From an uncultured Fibrobacteria bacterium (GTDB lineage: Bacteria > Fibrobacterota > Fibrobacteria > UBA11236), in the NCBI GenBank assembly GCA_963716395.1, contig OY970309.1:2912001-2976000 (forward strand): DNA of 64,000 bases, written 5' to 3'. Both the position numbers and the translations under genes were made by a program. Below, one piece after another: positions 18,719 through 28,495 of this stretch. Every line of letters starts with the position of its first letter. Position 1 is the stretch's first letter. The notes beneath the pieces are model-generated. The model made no database searches. It saw nothing but the letters and a program-made list of their open reading frames with translations, and was not told where the DNA came from.

Positions 18719-19288
18719 TCAGGAGTCGGAGAAGTTTTCGCCTTCGAGGATTCCCTCCAGGGGATAGGTCGATTCCAGCGAATGCAGCGCGCCTTCGGGC
18801 GTCAAGCGGCTGGTGTAAAGATGGAATTGCTGTGCCGGCACGGCGGGCGCGGAAAAGAGGGAATGGGCCACTTCGAAAAGTCCGGTTTGCCGGGCCGCGC
18901 CGTTCTTGAGACGGCCCAAGGTGACATGGGGATGAAACTTGCGGCCTTCGGGTCCGATGCCGGCGCGCGACAGGGCGCTGTCGAGACGGAAGCGCAGCCG
19001 GAGCAGGGCATCGCAGGCCGGTACGCCCACCCACAAGGTTTCCGGATGGCCGCGCAGGGGAAAATGCCCCACGCCTTTCAGGTCGAAGTAAAACGACTCG
19101 GCGCGCACTTCATGCAAAGCGTGGCGAATGTCCTCGAGCACCGGATCGCCTACTGCGCCTAGAAAGCGCAAGGTCAAATGGTATTGATGCGGAGGCACCC
19201 ACACCGTGCCGGGAAGGCCTTCGGCGATTTCATGCAGACGGTCGGCGACAGGGGCAGGCAAATCCAGGGCGATAAAGGTTCTAGGCAT
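18719..19288 (-). CDS. thpR: RNA 2',3'-cyclic phosphodiesterase (2H phosphoesterase)
   Basis: RTFIAL start; two HxT motifs (HLTLRFLG, FHPHVTLGR). Confidence 0.92.
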   Translation of the reverse strand: MPRTFIALDLPAPVADRLHEIAEGLPGTVWVPPHQYHLTLRFLGAVGDPVLEDIRHALHEVRAESFYFDLKGVGHFPLRGHPETLWVGVPACDALLRLRFRLDSALSRAGIGPEGRKFHPHVTLGRLKNGAARQTGLFEVAHSLFSAPAVPAQQFHLYTSRLTPEGALHSLESTYPLEGILEGENFSDS

Positions 19289-19601
19289 GCCCGGTTTCCT
19301 TTTCCAGCCAGCGCAAGTAGGCCGGGTGGCCGCCGCCTACCGGGAGAAACACCACGCACGGGCAGGCCGCGGGATGCAATTCCACGGCGCGGGCCAAAAG
19401 GGCTGCTTGCCGATCGGCCGTGGTTTTGGCGATCAGTACGGCTTCTTCAGTGTGCTCCACTTCGCCTTCCCACCAATACCAGGATTCCATGTGCGGCAGT
19501 ATGTTGATGCAGGCGGCCAGGCGTTCGGCGACCAAGGTTTTTCCGATGCGCCGCGCCTCGTCCCGGTTGGGAACCGTGAGATAGGCAAATACGATTTCCA
19601 T
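19281..19601 (-). CDS. cutA: Divalent-cation tolerance protein CutA
   Basis: EARRIGKTLVAERLAACINI, SWYWWEG, KT, LHP, YLRWL. Confidence 0.92.
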   Translation of the reverse strand: MEIVFAYLTVPNRDEARRIGKTLVAERLAACINILPHMESWYWWEGEVEHTEEAVLIAKTTADRQAALLARAVELHPAACPCVVFLPVGGGHPAYLRWLEKETGHA

Positions 19602-19691
19602 ACGGACTCCCGCACAATGCTCAGGCCCGGTGTCGTACAATCGGTTTCGACAAGTTAAAAAAAGCAAAATGTGTATGATATGGAATCTCCC

Positions 19692-22010
19692 ATGCAGCTT
19701 TGGAACCTCGCCGCCCTCTGCGGTCTGCTCGGCGCGGCGCCGCTGTGCGCCTTCGTCACCTTGAACACCTCGGGGCCCGACGCTGATTCGGCCGACCTCG
19801 TCGCACCCGTCCGCCCCGCCGTCGACAGCACCGCGGCCGCGGTCTCTCCACCCGCAACGCCTCCGGCGCCGGGCGCCGTGCTGTTCGTGGCCGGCGGCGA
19901 TCAGCGCGTGTATGCGGCCTGGGGGCTGCTGGAGGCCATGCAGGAATTTCATTTACGCCCCGACGCCGTAGTCGCCGAAGGCGCGGCGGCCCTGCCCGCC
20001 GCGGTGTTCGTCCTTGGGTATCCTATGAGTTACCTTGACTCCCTGCCTCCGAGGCTGTGGGGCGGCGGCCGGGGCCCCGGCCCAACGGAAACCGCCGCGT
20101 CGGCGGATCCGCGTTGGAACGCTGCGGAGGCGTTGCCGTGGCGCTGGAACCCGGAGGAGCACCGCGCCGATCTGCCGGCATGGCTGTTGCCCGAGACACC
20201 GGCGTCGGAATGCGGCGCCGGTCCGGAACTTTCCTGGCGCATCGCACAATTGATCCGGGGCGCGCCCGACACCGCCGCGGCCCGCAACCACGGAGCCGTA
20301 CGGCTGGCTTTTCAAATGACCGAGGCGCGCTCGGGGTTGCCGCGTTGGGTCGAAAACGATTCGCTGCAAGCCCTGATTGCAGCCAGCCTGGTTCCGGCCG
20401 CCGCCGCCGCGGCCTGTGATACTCCGCCGGAATGGATCGGCGGCGGCGTGGTTTCCAACGGTAAACCCCTGGCGGCCAATTGGCCCGTGGCGCCGGCGCA
20501 CCTGGTGTTTTTGCAAATGCCGCCGTCGGCGCCGCCCCGTCCGCTGGCGCCGGTTTCGGCGCTCGACTCGCTGCGGCAGACCTGGAACCGCGGCAGCCCC
20601 GACGCCGATCAGGTTCCGCCCGGCACAAACCTGGTTCCCCTCGCCCTGGAGCGCGAACCCGGCTTGCCACCCGATGATTCGGCGGCGGCCTGGATGCAAA
20701 TGGGCTATCGCGCCGGGCTGCGATCGCTGGACGTGCTGCGCCGCGTGTTCCGCACCGATACCACGACGCCGCCGGCGGTGCCGCCGGCCGGCGACGCGCG
20801 CGCCTTGTGGATGAACGCGTCCCTCAACCCCGTCGACGATGCGAACCTGCAATTGCTGCGGCAACGCCTGCGTTACCTGCCGCGGTCGGGCGACGCCGAG
20901 GATTGGATCCCGGAATTGTTCGGCGGGGGTTATTTCTCCCACGTGAGCATGGAATGGATTCCGCCGGCGCGCGCCGGCGACGCTGAGGGTTTGCAAATCA
21001 CGGCCGATGAACATGCCAGCCTCGGCGTCGCGGGCGGCGCCGCTTACCAGAGTCTGGGGCAGCCGCTGTTCCGCCGGGCCCCGTCGGTGTTCGGCACGGC
21101 CTATTGGGCTGAGCCCTATTATCTGCCGTATCGCATCCAGGTGGCGGGCGGGGCGGGCGGCATTCATCCGGGCGCCGGAGCCGGCCTGACGCTGGAGCCT
21201 CCCTGGTGGTGGTGGCTGCGATTTTCGGTGTACGCCCTTTTTGACGAATATCAGTTCGACGTACCCACCCCCGCTTGGAGCGAAGCCGGTGCGCAGGCGT
21301 TTTTTCTGCGCGAACAAGAGAGCGGATTGCATATCGCCATCGGTCCTTCGGCGCGGCGACGCCTGGACTTGGAGGTGACCCACCGAATTTTGCAAAACCT
21401 CAACGCCTCGCCCGCTTTTGAAGAGTCGGGATACGAAGCGGTCAATTTCCAGGCCGGGCTTTTGTTTCAGACCGCCGTCGGCGCGGCTTGGAAGGGACGG
21501 CTGCGGGCCACCGCGGCTTACATCGATCCCCTGGTTTTGCCGGGCGTGGTGCGCCCGCCTTATGCGGCCGATGGCCTGGATTTTCAAGCGGTGTGGAGGG
21601 GATTGGAAGTGGCGGGACAGGGGCAGTATACCGATGCGCCTGATCCCAATGACCCAGACGAATACGATCAATGGAACATGCCTTCGGTCTGGCCGCTCAG
21701 CTTCGGCGATCAAGTTTGGCTGCCGTCCTGGCGGCATCGGCGCTATGCGGCGATGGAAGGCGGCTTCAATGCCGCGTTGGGCCTGCTGCACCTACGCGTC
21801 GTGGCCGGTGGAACCAAATTTTGGTCGCTTGATGGGAACGGCTTGGAACAACCCACCCAAAAACCCTTTTGGGAAACCGATCTGGCGCTACCCGGTTTTT
21901 TCGGTCCCTGGCGCGTGGCCGCCGGCGGTTTCGATCACTTCGGGCCGTTTTTCCTGTTGCAATGGGGAACAAACTTCGACGTGCACGGCTTTTTCAACGA
22001 GTGGAATTGA
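19692..22010 (+). CDS. Secreted patatin-like protein with probable C-terminal beta-barrel (PlpD-like), catalytic motifs degenerate
   Basis: Signal peptide; VLFVAGGDQR..AAWGLLEAM....RPDAVVAEGAAA mirrors the patatin N-terminus; C-terminal half has alternating beta-strands rich in aromatics. Confidence 0.55.
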   Translation: MQLWNLAALCGLLGAAPLCAFVTLNTSGPDADSADLVAPVRPAVDSTAAAVSPPATPPAPGAVLFVAGGDQRVYAAWGLLEAMQEFHLRPDAVVAEGAAALPAAVFVLGYPMSYLDSLPPRLWGGGRGPGPTETAASADPRWNAAEALPWRWNPEEHRADLPAWLLPETPASECGAGPELSWRIAQLIRGAPDTAAARNHGAVRLAFQMTEARSGLPRWVENDSLQALIAASLVPAAAAAACDTPPEWIGGGVVSNGKPLAANWPVAPAHLVFLQMPPSAPPRPLAPVSALDSLRQTWNRGSPDADQVPPGTNLVPLALEREPGLPPDDSAAAWMQMGYRAGLRSLDVLRRVFRTDTTTPPAVPPAGDARALWMNASLNPVDDANLQLLRQRLRYLPRSGDAEDWIPELFGGGYFSHVSMEWIPPARAGDAEGLQITADEHASLGVAGGAAYQSLGQPLFRRAPSVFGTAYWAEPYYLPYRIQVAGGAGGIHPGAGAGLTLEPPWWWWLRFSVYALFDEYQFDVPTPAWSEAGAQAFFLREQESGLHIAIGPSARRRLDLEVTHRILQNLNASPAFEESGYEAVNFQAGLLFQTAVGAAWKGRLRATAAYIDPLVLPGVVRPPYAADGLDFQAVWRGLEVAGQGQYTDAPDPNDPDEYDQWNMPSVWPLSFGDQVWLPSWRHRRYAAMEGGFNAALGLLHLRVVAGGTKFWSLDGNGLEQPTQKPFWETDLALPGFFGPWRVAAGGFDHFGPFFLLQWGTNFDVHGFFNEWN

Positions 22011-22030
22011 CCTTCGCATAAATTCGGCTT

Positions 22031-22059
22031 TGGACCGGCTTTTCTCCACCCCATATAAT
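22031..22059 (+). promoter_or_regulatory. Putative sigma70 promoter
   Basis: TGGACC-17 bp-TATAAT, followed by GGAGAG RBS and ATG 22085. Confidence 0.6.
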
Positions 22060-22084
22060 CAGGCCGGAATTACGCGGAGAGCAA

Positions 22085-22417
22085 ATGCTTACGAGTTTGG
22101 CGCGGGTTTTCTCCACGCAGGGCGTGGTGGTACCCGATACCCGGTGGCGCTCCCTGCCGCCGACATCGGTGCCGGTGGCGGGTCGATCCAACGGCGGGTT
22201 CTCCCAGCAAGCCTACCGGCTCCAGTTGTCGCAATCCGCAAGCGGGGCCGAGGATAACCAGGCGCCGGGGCGTGGCGCCAGGGTTGCCCCGCCGCCCGAC
22301 GCCGGAGAGCAGAACGGGGTGGGCACGGGCGATGCGGGAGACGCATCGGAATCCGGGGCGCGCGGCTATGGAACTCCGCCTTCGCCGACCGGCCGAAAGT
22401 TGGATTTGCAGGCGTAG
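22085..22417 (+). CDS. Small low-complexity hypothetical protein ending GRKLDLQA
   Basis: Own promoter and RBS; disordered composition; terminal G-x-x-L-D-x-x-A motif. Confidence 0.65.
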   Translation: MLTSLARVFSTQGVVVPDTRWRSLPPTSVPVAGRSNGGFSQQAYRLQLSQSASGAEDNQAPGRGARVAPPPDAGEQNGVGTGDAGDASESGARGYGTPPSPTGRKLDLQA

Positions 22418-22633
22418 GCCTTTCTTCATTATCCTCCGCTCCAATCCGCATCCTACGGGGCGGCGGGTCTTCCCAGCGGGTAACCGAGGATCGAAGGTCT
22501 TGCTCGCGAGGCATTCCTTACGCGTAGGAAATATCTTTTGGCTTTTCCTTTGCGAAAGGCTCCGATGTCCGCCCCGCGTTCTTCACCACTCCGCCGTCAA
22601 TCCTCTTCGCCCCATACGGAGGCCCGGATATCC

Positions 22634-23157
22634 GTGCGCTCCCGCCGGCGCCCGTCCGCAAAGGCGGCGCGGAACAAGCCCGGCCCCCTGGTGGGCGTCA
22701 TCATGGGCAGCCGGTCGGATTGGGAGACCATGCGCGCCGCCGCCGATACCCTGCGGGAATTGGGGATCCCCACGAAACCCAGGTGGTGTCGGCGCACCGC
22801 ACGCCCGATTGGATGTTTGCGTACGCGCGGTCCGCGGCCGACCGCGGTCTCGAAGCCCTCATCGCGGGTGCGGGCGGAGCGGCGCATCTGCCCGGCATGA
22901 CCGCCGCGCTCACGGTGCTTCCCGTGATTGGTGTCCCGATATCTTCCAAAAGTCTCCAGGGGCTCGATGCCCTGCTCTCCATCGTTCAGATGCCGGCCGG
23001 CGTACCCGTGGCGGCCGTGGCCATCGGCAACGCCCGCAACGCCGCGTTGCTGGCGGCCCGCATACTGGGCGCCAAGCATCCCGAGTTGCGCACGGCCCTG
23101 GCCTCGCTGCAACGCCAGCAGGCGAAATCCGTGCGCGCCCGGGGGCTGCCGCGATGA
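22634..23157 (+). pseudogene. purE: N5-CAIR mutase PurE, frameshifted at the C4 run 22768-22771 (probably intact in vivo)
   Basis: [10 protein letters not shown] in one frame; [19 protein letters not shown] and [11 protein letters not shown] in the -1 frame; GGAGG RBS before GTG 22634. Confidence 0.9.
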
Positions 23158-24305
23158 GCGATCGCGACGCGCCTGTGACGCCCGGCGCCGTCCTGGGTCT
23201 TCTCGGCGGCGGGCAATTGGGGCGCATGTTCGCCCTGGAGGCGAAACGCATGGGTTACCGGGTGGCGGTGCTTGAACCGGCGCACGATGCGCCGTGCAGT
23301 CAGGTGGCCGACGAAGTTCTGGCCGCGCCCTATACCGATCGCGCCGCCTTGCGTCGCCTGAGCGAAATCAGCGCCGTGCTCACCTACGAATTCGAAAACG
23401 TCGATGCCGACTCCGTGGAATTCCTGGAAAGCCTGGAGAGCCCCGTGTTTCCCGGCAGCCGGGCCTTGCGCATCACCCAGGATCGCCTGCGGGAAAAATC
23501 GTTCGCCCGCGAGGCGGGCATCGGCGTCACCGCCTTTGCCTCCGTTGCCGCCGAAGAAGATTTGCAGCCTGCGGCCGGGGTTGTGGGGTTTCCCGCCATT
23601 TTGAAAACCGCACGCGGGGGCTATGACGGCAAGGGGCAACGCCGCGTGCGCGATGCGGCGGAACTGCGCGCGGCGCGGGGCGAATTGCCCGGCCCGTTGA
23701 TTCTGGAACGGGTCGTTCCCTTTGCCTGCGAACTCAGCGTGGTCGCCTGCCGCGGACGCGATGGGTCTTTCGCCGCCTATCCGCCGGCCGAGAACCTGCA
23801 TGTGCGCGGCATTCTCGACACCTCGCTGCTGCCGGCGCGCGTTTCCGCCGACACGGCCGCTGCGGCGCAAGCCATCGCCCGCCGCGTAGGCGAAGGCCTG
23901 CATTTGGTCGGCGCGTATTGCGTGGAACTGTTCGCCTTGGAAGATGGCGGCCTGCTTCTCAATGAAATCGCGCCGCGTCCGCATAACTCCGGGCATGCCA
24001 CCTTGGATGCCTGCCTGTGTTCCCAATTCGAGCAACAGGTACGCGCCATTTGCGGCTTGCCGTTGGGCTCCACCACCTTGCTTCGCAGCGCGGCGCTGAT
24101 CAATATTTTGGGAACCGGTCAGGGCAACCAACTGCAAGGGGTGGCCGAATTGTTGCGAAACCAGGACACGGCCTTACATCTCTACGGCAAAACCATCGCC
24201 GCGCCCGGACGTAAAATGGGGCATATCACCGTCTTGGGTGATTCTCCGGATGCGGCCATGGCCCAGGCGCAATCCTTGCGCCACCATTTAAATTGGCGGT
24301 CGTAA
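23154..24305 (+). CDS. purK: N5-CAIR synthase PurK
   Basis: [45 protein letters not shown]. Confidence 0.96.
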   Translation: MSDRDAPVTPGAVLGLLGGGQLGRMFALEAKRMGYRVAVLEPAHDAPCSQVADEVLAAPYTDRAALRRLSEISAVLTYEFENVDADSVEFLESLESPVFPGSRALRITQDRLREKSFAREAGIGVTAFASVAAEEDLQPAAGVVGFPAILKTARGGYDGKGQRRVRDAAELRAARGELPGPLILERVVPFACELSVVACRGRDGSFAAYPPAENLHVRGILDTSLLPARVSADTAAAAQAIARRVGEGLHLVGAYCVELFALEDGGLLLNEIAPRPHNSGHATLDACLCSQFEQQVRAICGLPLGSTTLLRSAALINILGTGQGNQLQGVAELLRNQDTALHLYGKTIAAPGRKMGHITVLGDSPDAAMAQAQSLRHHLNWRS

Positions 24306-24402
24306 TCTCCCTCCGCCGCGGGGCGGGCTCTTTCCCCTTTGGCTTTTCCAATGTCCACCGAGACCAGAATGTTCATCATTTTGGGGATTTTAGGAAAAAA
24401 AA

Positions 24403-24429
24403 TAAAGGTGTATCCCTGCCGTCCGAAAA
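24403..24429 (+). promoter_or_regulatory. Possible sigma28 (FliA)-type promoter
   Basis: TAAA-15 bp-TCCGAAAA versus consensus TAAA-N15-GCCGATAA, with an upstream A-tract. Confidence 0.35.
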
Positions 24430-24509
24430 TGCCGAATCTTACTTTCATCGCAGGGCCGCCAGTCCGCATGCAAGCTAACCCAGCGGAAGGCGGAGAATGG
24501 AATGTCACA

Positions 24510-25031
24510 ATGGACGTGCAAACCTATGATGCAACCCAGGCCTTGGCCGACGATTTGGCCGATGCGCTCAAGCGTCTTTTCGAGGAAGGCAAGCTCGCGG
24601 GTTTTGAGGAAAAGTTGAAGCGAGCCGGAAAAAGCCTGCCCCCCGGAGGCAGCTTGGCGCTCAATTTTTCCGTGGAAGTATTCGACCCGAGCAAAGACAA
24701 GGCGTTGAAGACCAGCGACGCGGGGTTGGAATTCGACAGCGAAAATCCCCCACATTTTCTCACCTATGCGCCCACCCCAGCCCGCTATGTGGTCGACGGC
24801 GAAATCCGCAAGGTGCCGCATGATCATTGCCCGCATTGCTGGTCGCGCTGGAACTTCAAGTCGCGTTTCCGCGAATGCCCCACCTGCGGATATCAAATGG
24901 GGCGGGAAATCAAGCTCTTGCTCGATTCGGATATTTGTCCGCATTGCGAAAACAGCAAGATTTCCTTTGCCAACCCGCGTTGCGAAGCCTGCGGCTTCGT
25001 GGTCGACCGCAATCTCGTCGCCTGGGGTTGA
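24510..25031 (+). CDS. Hypothetical protein with double zinc ribbon
   Basis: CPHC, CPTC, CPHC, CEAC in the C-terminal half. Confidence 0.75.
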   Translation: MDVQTYDATQALADDLADALKRLFEEGKLAGFEEKLKRAGKSLPPGGSLALNFSVEVFDPSKDKALKTSDAGLEFDSENPPHFLTYAPTPARYVVDGEIRKVPHDHCPHCWSRWNFKSRFRECPTCGYQMGREIKLLLDSDICPHCENSKISFANPRCEACGFVVDRNLVAWG

Positions 25032-25113
25032 CGCCTCTCCGTTCATAGCCGCAGCCTATTTTCGGAAAATCCCGGTTTTGCCGGCCTTTGCCACGGGGTA
25101 TACTGACTCCGGA

Positions 25114-25524
25114 ATGCAACACAATTCCCGCGCCGAAATCGAAGAGCTGGTGCGGCGCTTGCAAACGCGCCCGTACCGCGATTCCGACATTCGCGAAGCC
25201 GCCGGCGTCATGGCCGACATGCTGGCCCATGCCGAAAGTCTGGCGCTCGGCGCGGAGTTTCTGGCGGCAAAATCCGATCAGGTGCAAAAACTTGGCTTCG
25301 GATTGTTGGAGTGCCTGGCGGCGCAGGCTCCCCAGGCGCGCGCCGTTTTGGATCAACCCATGGTGCAGGCCCAGCGGAAGAAACTATTCGGCGCCCCGGC
25401 CGCCGATGCCGGTGCCTCGAACAAACCGGGCTATACGGCCATGGCCGAAATCATCAAGATGTGGGTGCGCGAGGAAAAAAGCCGGGAGCCGAAAAAGCCG
25501 CAAGACTGGCTGCCGCGCCGTTGA
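25114..25524 (+). CDS. Hypothetical helical protein
   Basis: ATG start, amphipathic helices, C-terminal MAEIIKMWVREE. Confidence 0.65.
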   Translation: MQHNSRAEIEELVRRLQTRPYRDSDIREAAGVMADMLAHAESLALGAEFLAAKSDQVQKLGFGLLECLAAQAPQARAVLDQPMVQAQRKKLFGAPAADAGASNKPGYTAMAEIIKMWVREEKSREPKKPQDWLPRR

Positions 25525-25536
25525 GGGGCCAAGCCT

Positions 25537-25833
25537 TCAGCCCGCGGGGCGGATGTGGAAGTCGTCGGGGCCGGGTTGCGCGGGAAGTTCTTCCACTTCC
25601 ACCGCTTCGACGCGCGCCGCCGAGGGACCGCGCCGGCACCAGCGCACAAAGGTTTCAACGGCTTCGTCGCGCCCCTGGGCTTCGGCGTAAACCGAACCGT
25701 CGCTTTCGTTGCGCACCCACCCGGCGAGCCCCAGGCGCTGGGCCTCGCTTTGCGCCGCGCGGCGATAGCAGACGCCTTGCACCTGCCCGCGGATGCGCAA
25801 GGAAACGCGTCGGTTACCCAAGGTTCCGGCCAT
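25537..25833 (-). CDS. acyP: Acylphosphatase
   Basis: GQVQGVCYR, GWVRN..DGSV, GPSAARV. Confidence 0.95.
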   Translation of the reverse strand: MAGTLGNRRVSLRIRGQVQGVCYRRAAQSEAQRLGLAGWVRNESDGSVYAEAQGRDEAVETFVRWCRRGPSAARVEAVEVEELPAQPGPDDFHIRPAG

Positions 25834-25839
25834 GGTTTT

Positions 25840-26871
25840 TTATTCCGCCGCGTGGCCGCCGCTCCGCGTGGCGAATTCCACATCCTCCATTTGGGGGGCG
25901 TTCATCAGTTCTTGCAAGACCGTGGCCAGATCTTTGCCTTCGAAGAGCAGGGCGTACAGCCCCTCCAGGATTTGCATGCGAATGCCCAGGTCTTTGGCCT
26001 TGTGAAACACGATGCGGACGGTGTGCACACCTTCGGCCACATCGCCGACTTCGCGTTGGGCCTCGCTTAGGGTTTTGCCTTCGCCGAGCAAATGGCCGAT
26101 GCGGAAATTGCGGCTCAGAGGTGATGCGCAGGTGGCGACAAGATCCCCCACGCCGGCCAGACCCAGAAAAGTGATGGGATCGGCGCCCAGCCTGGCCGCG
26201 AAGCGGCTCATCTCGGCCAGGCCGCGGGTCAGCAGCATACCGCGCGTATTGTCTCCCAGGCGCAGGGCGGCGATCAAACCCGTGGCGATGGCGTAGATGT
26301 TTTTCAACACGCCGCCCCACTCCACACCCCGCACGTCGCGGCTGCTGTATACTCGGAAATAGGAGCACGACAGCGCCTGCTGTACCGCGGCGATGACTTC
26401 ATCGTAAAGGCTCGCGATCACCGTGCCGCTGGGTACCTTGGAGGCGATCTCCTTGGCCAGGTTCGGTCCGCTCAGGGCGCCGATTTTCAGGCAGCAGGTT
26501 TCTTCGCGCAGAATTTCCGTCATCAGTTTGCAGGTGCGATCTTCGATGCCCTTGGTGGTGCTCACCAGCATTTGTCCGCCGTCCATCCAATCGCCGAGGC
26601 GGCGGGCCACGCTGCGGAAATGGGGACTGGGAATGCACACGAGCACCAAGGCGCAGCCGGCCGAGGCGGCCCGCAAATCGTCGGTGGCGGTAATTCCGTC
26701 GCTGAGCCGGAAGCCCGGCAGGTACTTGCGGTTCTCATGCGTGGCGTTGAATTCGGCGGCGGATTCGGCTGAGCGAAACCATAAACGCACGGGAACGCCC
26801 TGGTTGCCGATGATGTCGGCGAGTGCGCTGCCGAAGCTGCCGCCGCCGATGATGCCTACGGGTTCCGTCAC
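25840..26871 (-). CDS. gpsA: NAD(P)H-dependent glycerol-3-phosphate dehydrogenase
   Basis: IIGGGSFGSALA, KGIE, LSGPNLAKE, LKNIYAIA, GVGDLVATC, SRN, AEG. Confidence 0.95.
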   Translation of the reverse strand: MTEPVGIIGGGSFGSALADIIGNQGVPVRLWFRSAESAAEFNATHENRKYLPGFRLSDGITATDDLRAASAGCALVLVCIPSPHFRSVARRLGDWMDGGQMLVSTTKGIEDRTCKLMTEILREETCCLKIGALSGPNLAKEIASKVPSGTVIASLYDEVIAAVQQALSCSYFRVYSSRDVRGVEWGGVLKNIYAIATGLIAALRLGDNTRGMLLTRGLAEMSRFAARLGADPITFLGLAGVGDLVATCASPLSRNFRIGHLLGEGKTLSEAQREVGDVAEGVHTVRIVFHKAKDLGIRMQILEGLYALLFEGKDLATVLQELMNAPQMEDVEFATRSGGHAAE

Positions 26872-26878
26872 GGTTTCC

Positions 26879-28495
26879 TCACGTCGCCAGGCCGTAATGC
26901 TCCAGGCGGTTGCGGTAATAATAGAGCAACTTGAGATCCAGCGAATACACCCGGTCCTTCTCCTCGCGCAATACTTGGCGATCATGATAGCTCCGGAATT
27001 GCGCCAGCGCGACCGCGAATACTTCCGGGGCCAAAGCGGTGCGCAGGGTGTCTTCCAGGCGAACGCCTCCCTGCGCTTCCAGCCGCCGCAGCGTTTCCAC
27101 CAAGGCTTGCAGGCGTCCCAAAACCGCGGTGCGCGGGACCGCATACGCCCTTCCCCTGCGACGCAGAAAGGCGGAAAAATCGGCTTCGTCCGCGGCGGCG
27201 CGCAAGGCGGAGAAGGCGGCGAAGGCCGCGGCCTGGGTGCACAGCACCGTGTTGCAGCGCAGAAAGGCGCCGGCCACCTCGCCGCCCAAGGCGCGGATGT
27301 ATTCGTGATCGCGCTGCGGCGACGGGGCCGGCGCGCCGTGCACCGCGACGTAACGCGCGCGTTCCACCGGTCGGGCCTGGCGGTCGCGCGAGACGCCTGC
27401 GGCGTCCACGGTATTTCCGAACAAGTCGATGGGAGCGCCGAAGTGCAGATGCACCTGGGAATTCAGGCTTTGCAGGTTGCGCCAGAAGCGCAGCCAGCGC
27501 AGGGGGCGGGATAAACCCGGCGGGCGCGCGAAGAAGCGGCTTTGTCCCTGGGCGCGTAGGTACTCTTCGATCAGGGGTTTGGCTTCGAGCACCACCCCGT
27601 AGGAAAGGGCGGCGGGTACCACGAAGAAATCGGGCGCGGCGGAACCGCGGCGCAGGTTGTCGATATACGCCTCCAAGGCGCACCCGAGCAACCCCAGTTT
27701 GAGGTGGACCTCGACGTCGCCGCGCCGGTTGCGCGTGCCACCGGGAAAAATGAGATGATGCCGGCCGCTTTCCATCGACAGCGTCGCGTATTGCTTGAGG
27801 GTGTCCTTGTACAGGGTGTTTTTCTTGCGTCGATCCACCTTATACGCGCCGAGCTGATTCATGAAAAACGCCAGCAGCGGATTGCCGAACAGGTTCAAGC
27901 CCGCGCCGTAGGAGAAGGGCGGCAGTTGCGCGCGGTACAAGCCCAGCCCCACGACGATGGAATCGAGATTGCTGACATGGGTCGGAACCAGGACGAGCGT
28001 GCCGCGCTCCGCCAAAGCCCGAATGGTCTCGACCGGGCCGCTGACCTTGAGGGTTTCCTCCAGGTTCAGGCGACGGAGGAACAAGGCGGAGAAGATTCCG
28101 GCGGGTGACAGGCGGTTCAACAGCAGCTTGAGAAACCAGGCCAGCACCCGCGCCGCCAGGTGGTACAAGACCGGGTTGAAGGTGCCGTGGATTTCCTCGG
28201 CATAACGGCGTGCGAGAGCCGCCACGATTTCTTCACGATTTTCGGCGGAGACGGTTTCGGCAGCAGCGGCGATGCGGCGCCAGAATTTGCGGTCACCCCG
28301 AGGGTGGCCTCCGCCGGCAGCCTGCTTTTCATTTTCCTGCCGGATGGCTTCGTGGATCAGAAATTCCAGTGAGGTGCCGTCACGGCGGCCACGATCCCGT
28401 TCGATCTGCAAGACCCGAGCCACCACAGCGTCGACGACCGAGGCTTTGTCCTCCCAGATCGCGTCGGGGGATGCGTTCTTCAGGTTCGCGCCCAA
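26879..28495 (-). CDS. plsB: Glycerol-3-phosphate acyltransferase (PlsB-like)
   Basis: HxxxxD motif PTHVSNLD, YGAGLNL, FPGGTRNR.G, KLGLLG; start approximate. Confidence 0.85.
   Translation of the reverse strand: MGANLKNASPDAIWEDKASVVDAVVARVLQIERDRGRRDGTSLEFLIHEAIRQENEKQAAGGGHPRGDRKFWRRIAAAAETVSAENREEIVAALARRYAEEIHGTFNPVLYHLAARVLAWFLKLLLNRLSPAGIFSALFLRRLNLEETLKVSGPVETIRALAERGTLVLVPTHVSNLDSIVVGLGLYRAQLPPFSYGAGLNLFGNPLLAFFMNQLGAYKVDRRKKNTLYKDTLKQYATLSMESGRHHLIFPGGTRNRRGDVEVHLKLGLLGCALEAYIDNLRRGSAAPDFFVVPAALSYGVVLEAKPLIEEYLRAQGQSRFFARPPGLSRPLRWLRFWRNLQSLNSQVHLHFGAPIDLFGNTVDAAGVSRDRQARPVERARYVAVHGAPAPSPQRDHEYIRALGGEVAGAFLRCNTVLCTQAAAFAAFSALRAAADEADFSAFLRRRGRAYAVPRTAVLGRLQALVETLRRLEAQGGVRLEDTLRTALAPEVFAVALAQFRSYHDRQVLREEKDRVYSLDLKLLYYYRNRLEHYGLAT

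Noticed and set aside
6704-21791. Long antisense or alternate-frame ORFs (e.g. 6704-8869, 9442-11061, 14829-16802, 16821-18404, 19953-21791)
   Set aside because: Shadow ORFs expected in high-GC DNA opposite well-supported genes; no recognisable motifs.
22418-22633. Purine or ZTP riboswitch upstream of purEK
   Set aside because: No consensus elements recognisable by eye.
22272-23153. Long N-terminal extensions of track ORFs (purK; also gpsA, cutA, lapA, lutB, ABC genes)
   Set aside because: They overlap upstream genes; true starts are at the downstream coupled ATG/GTG.
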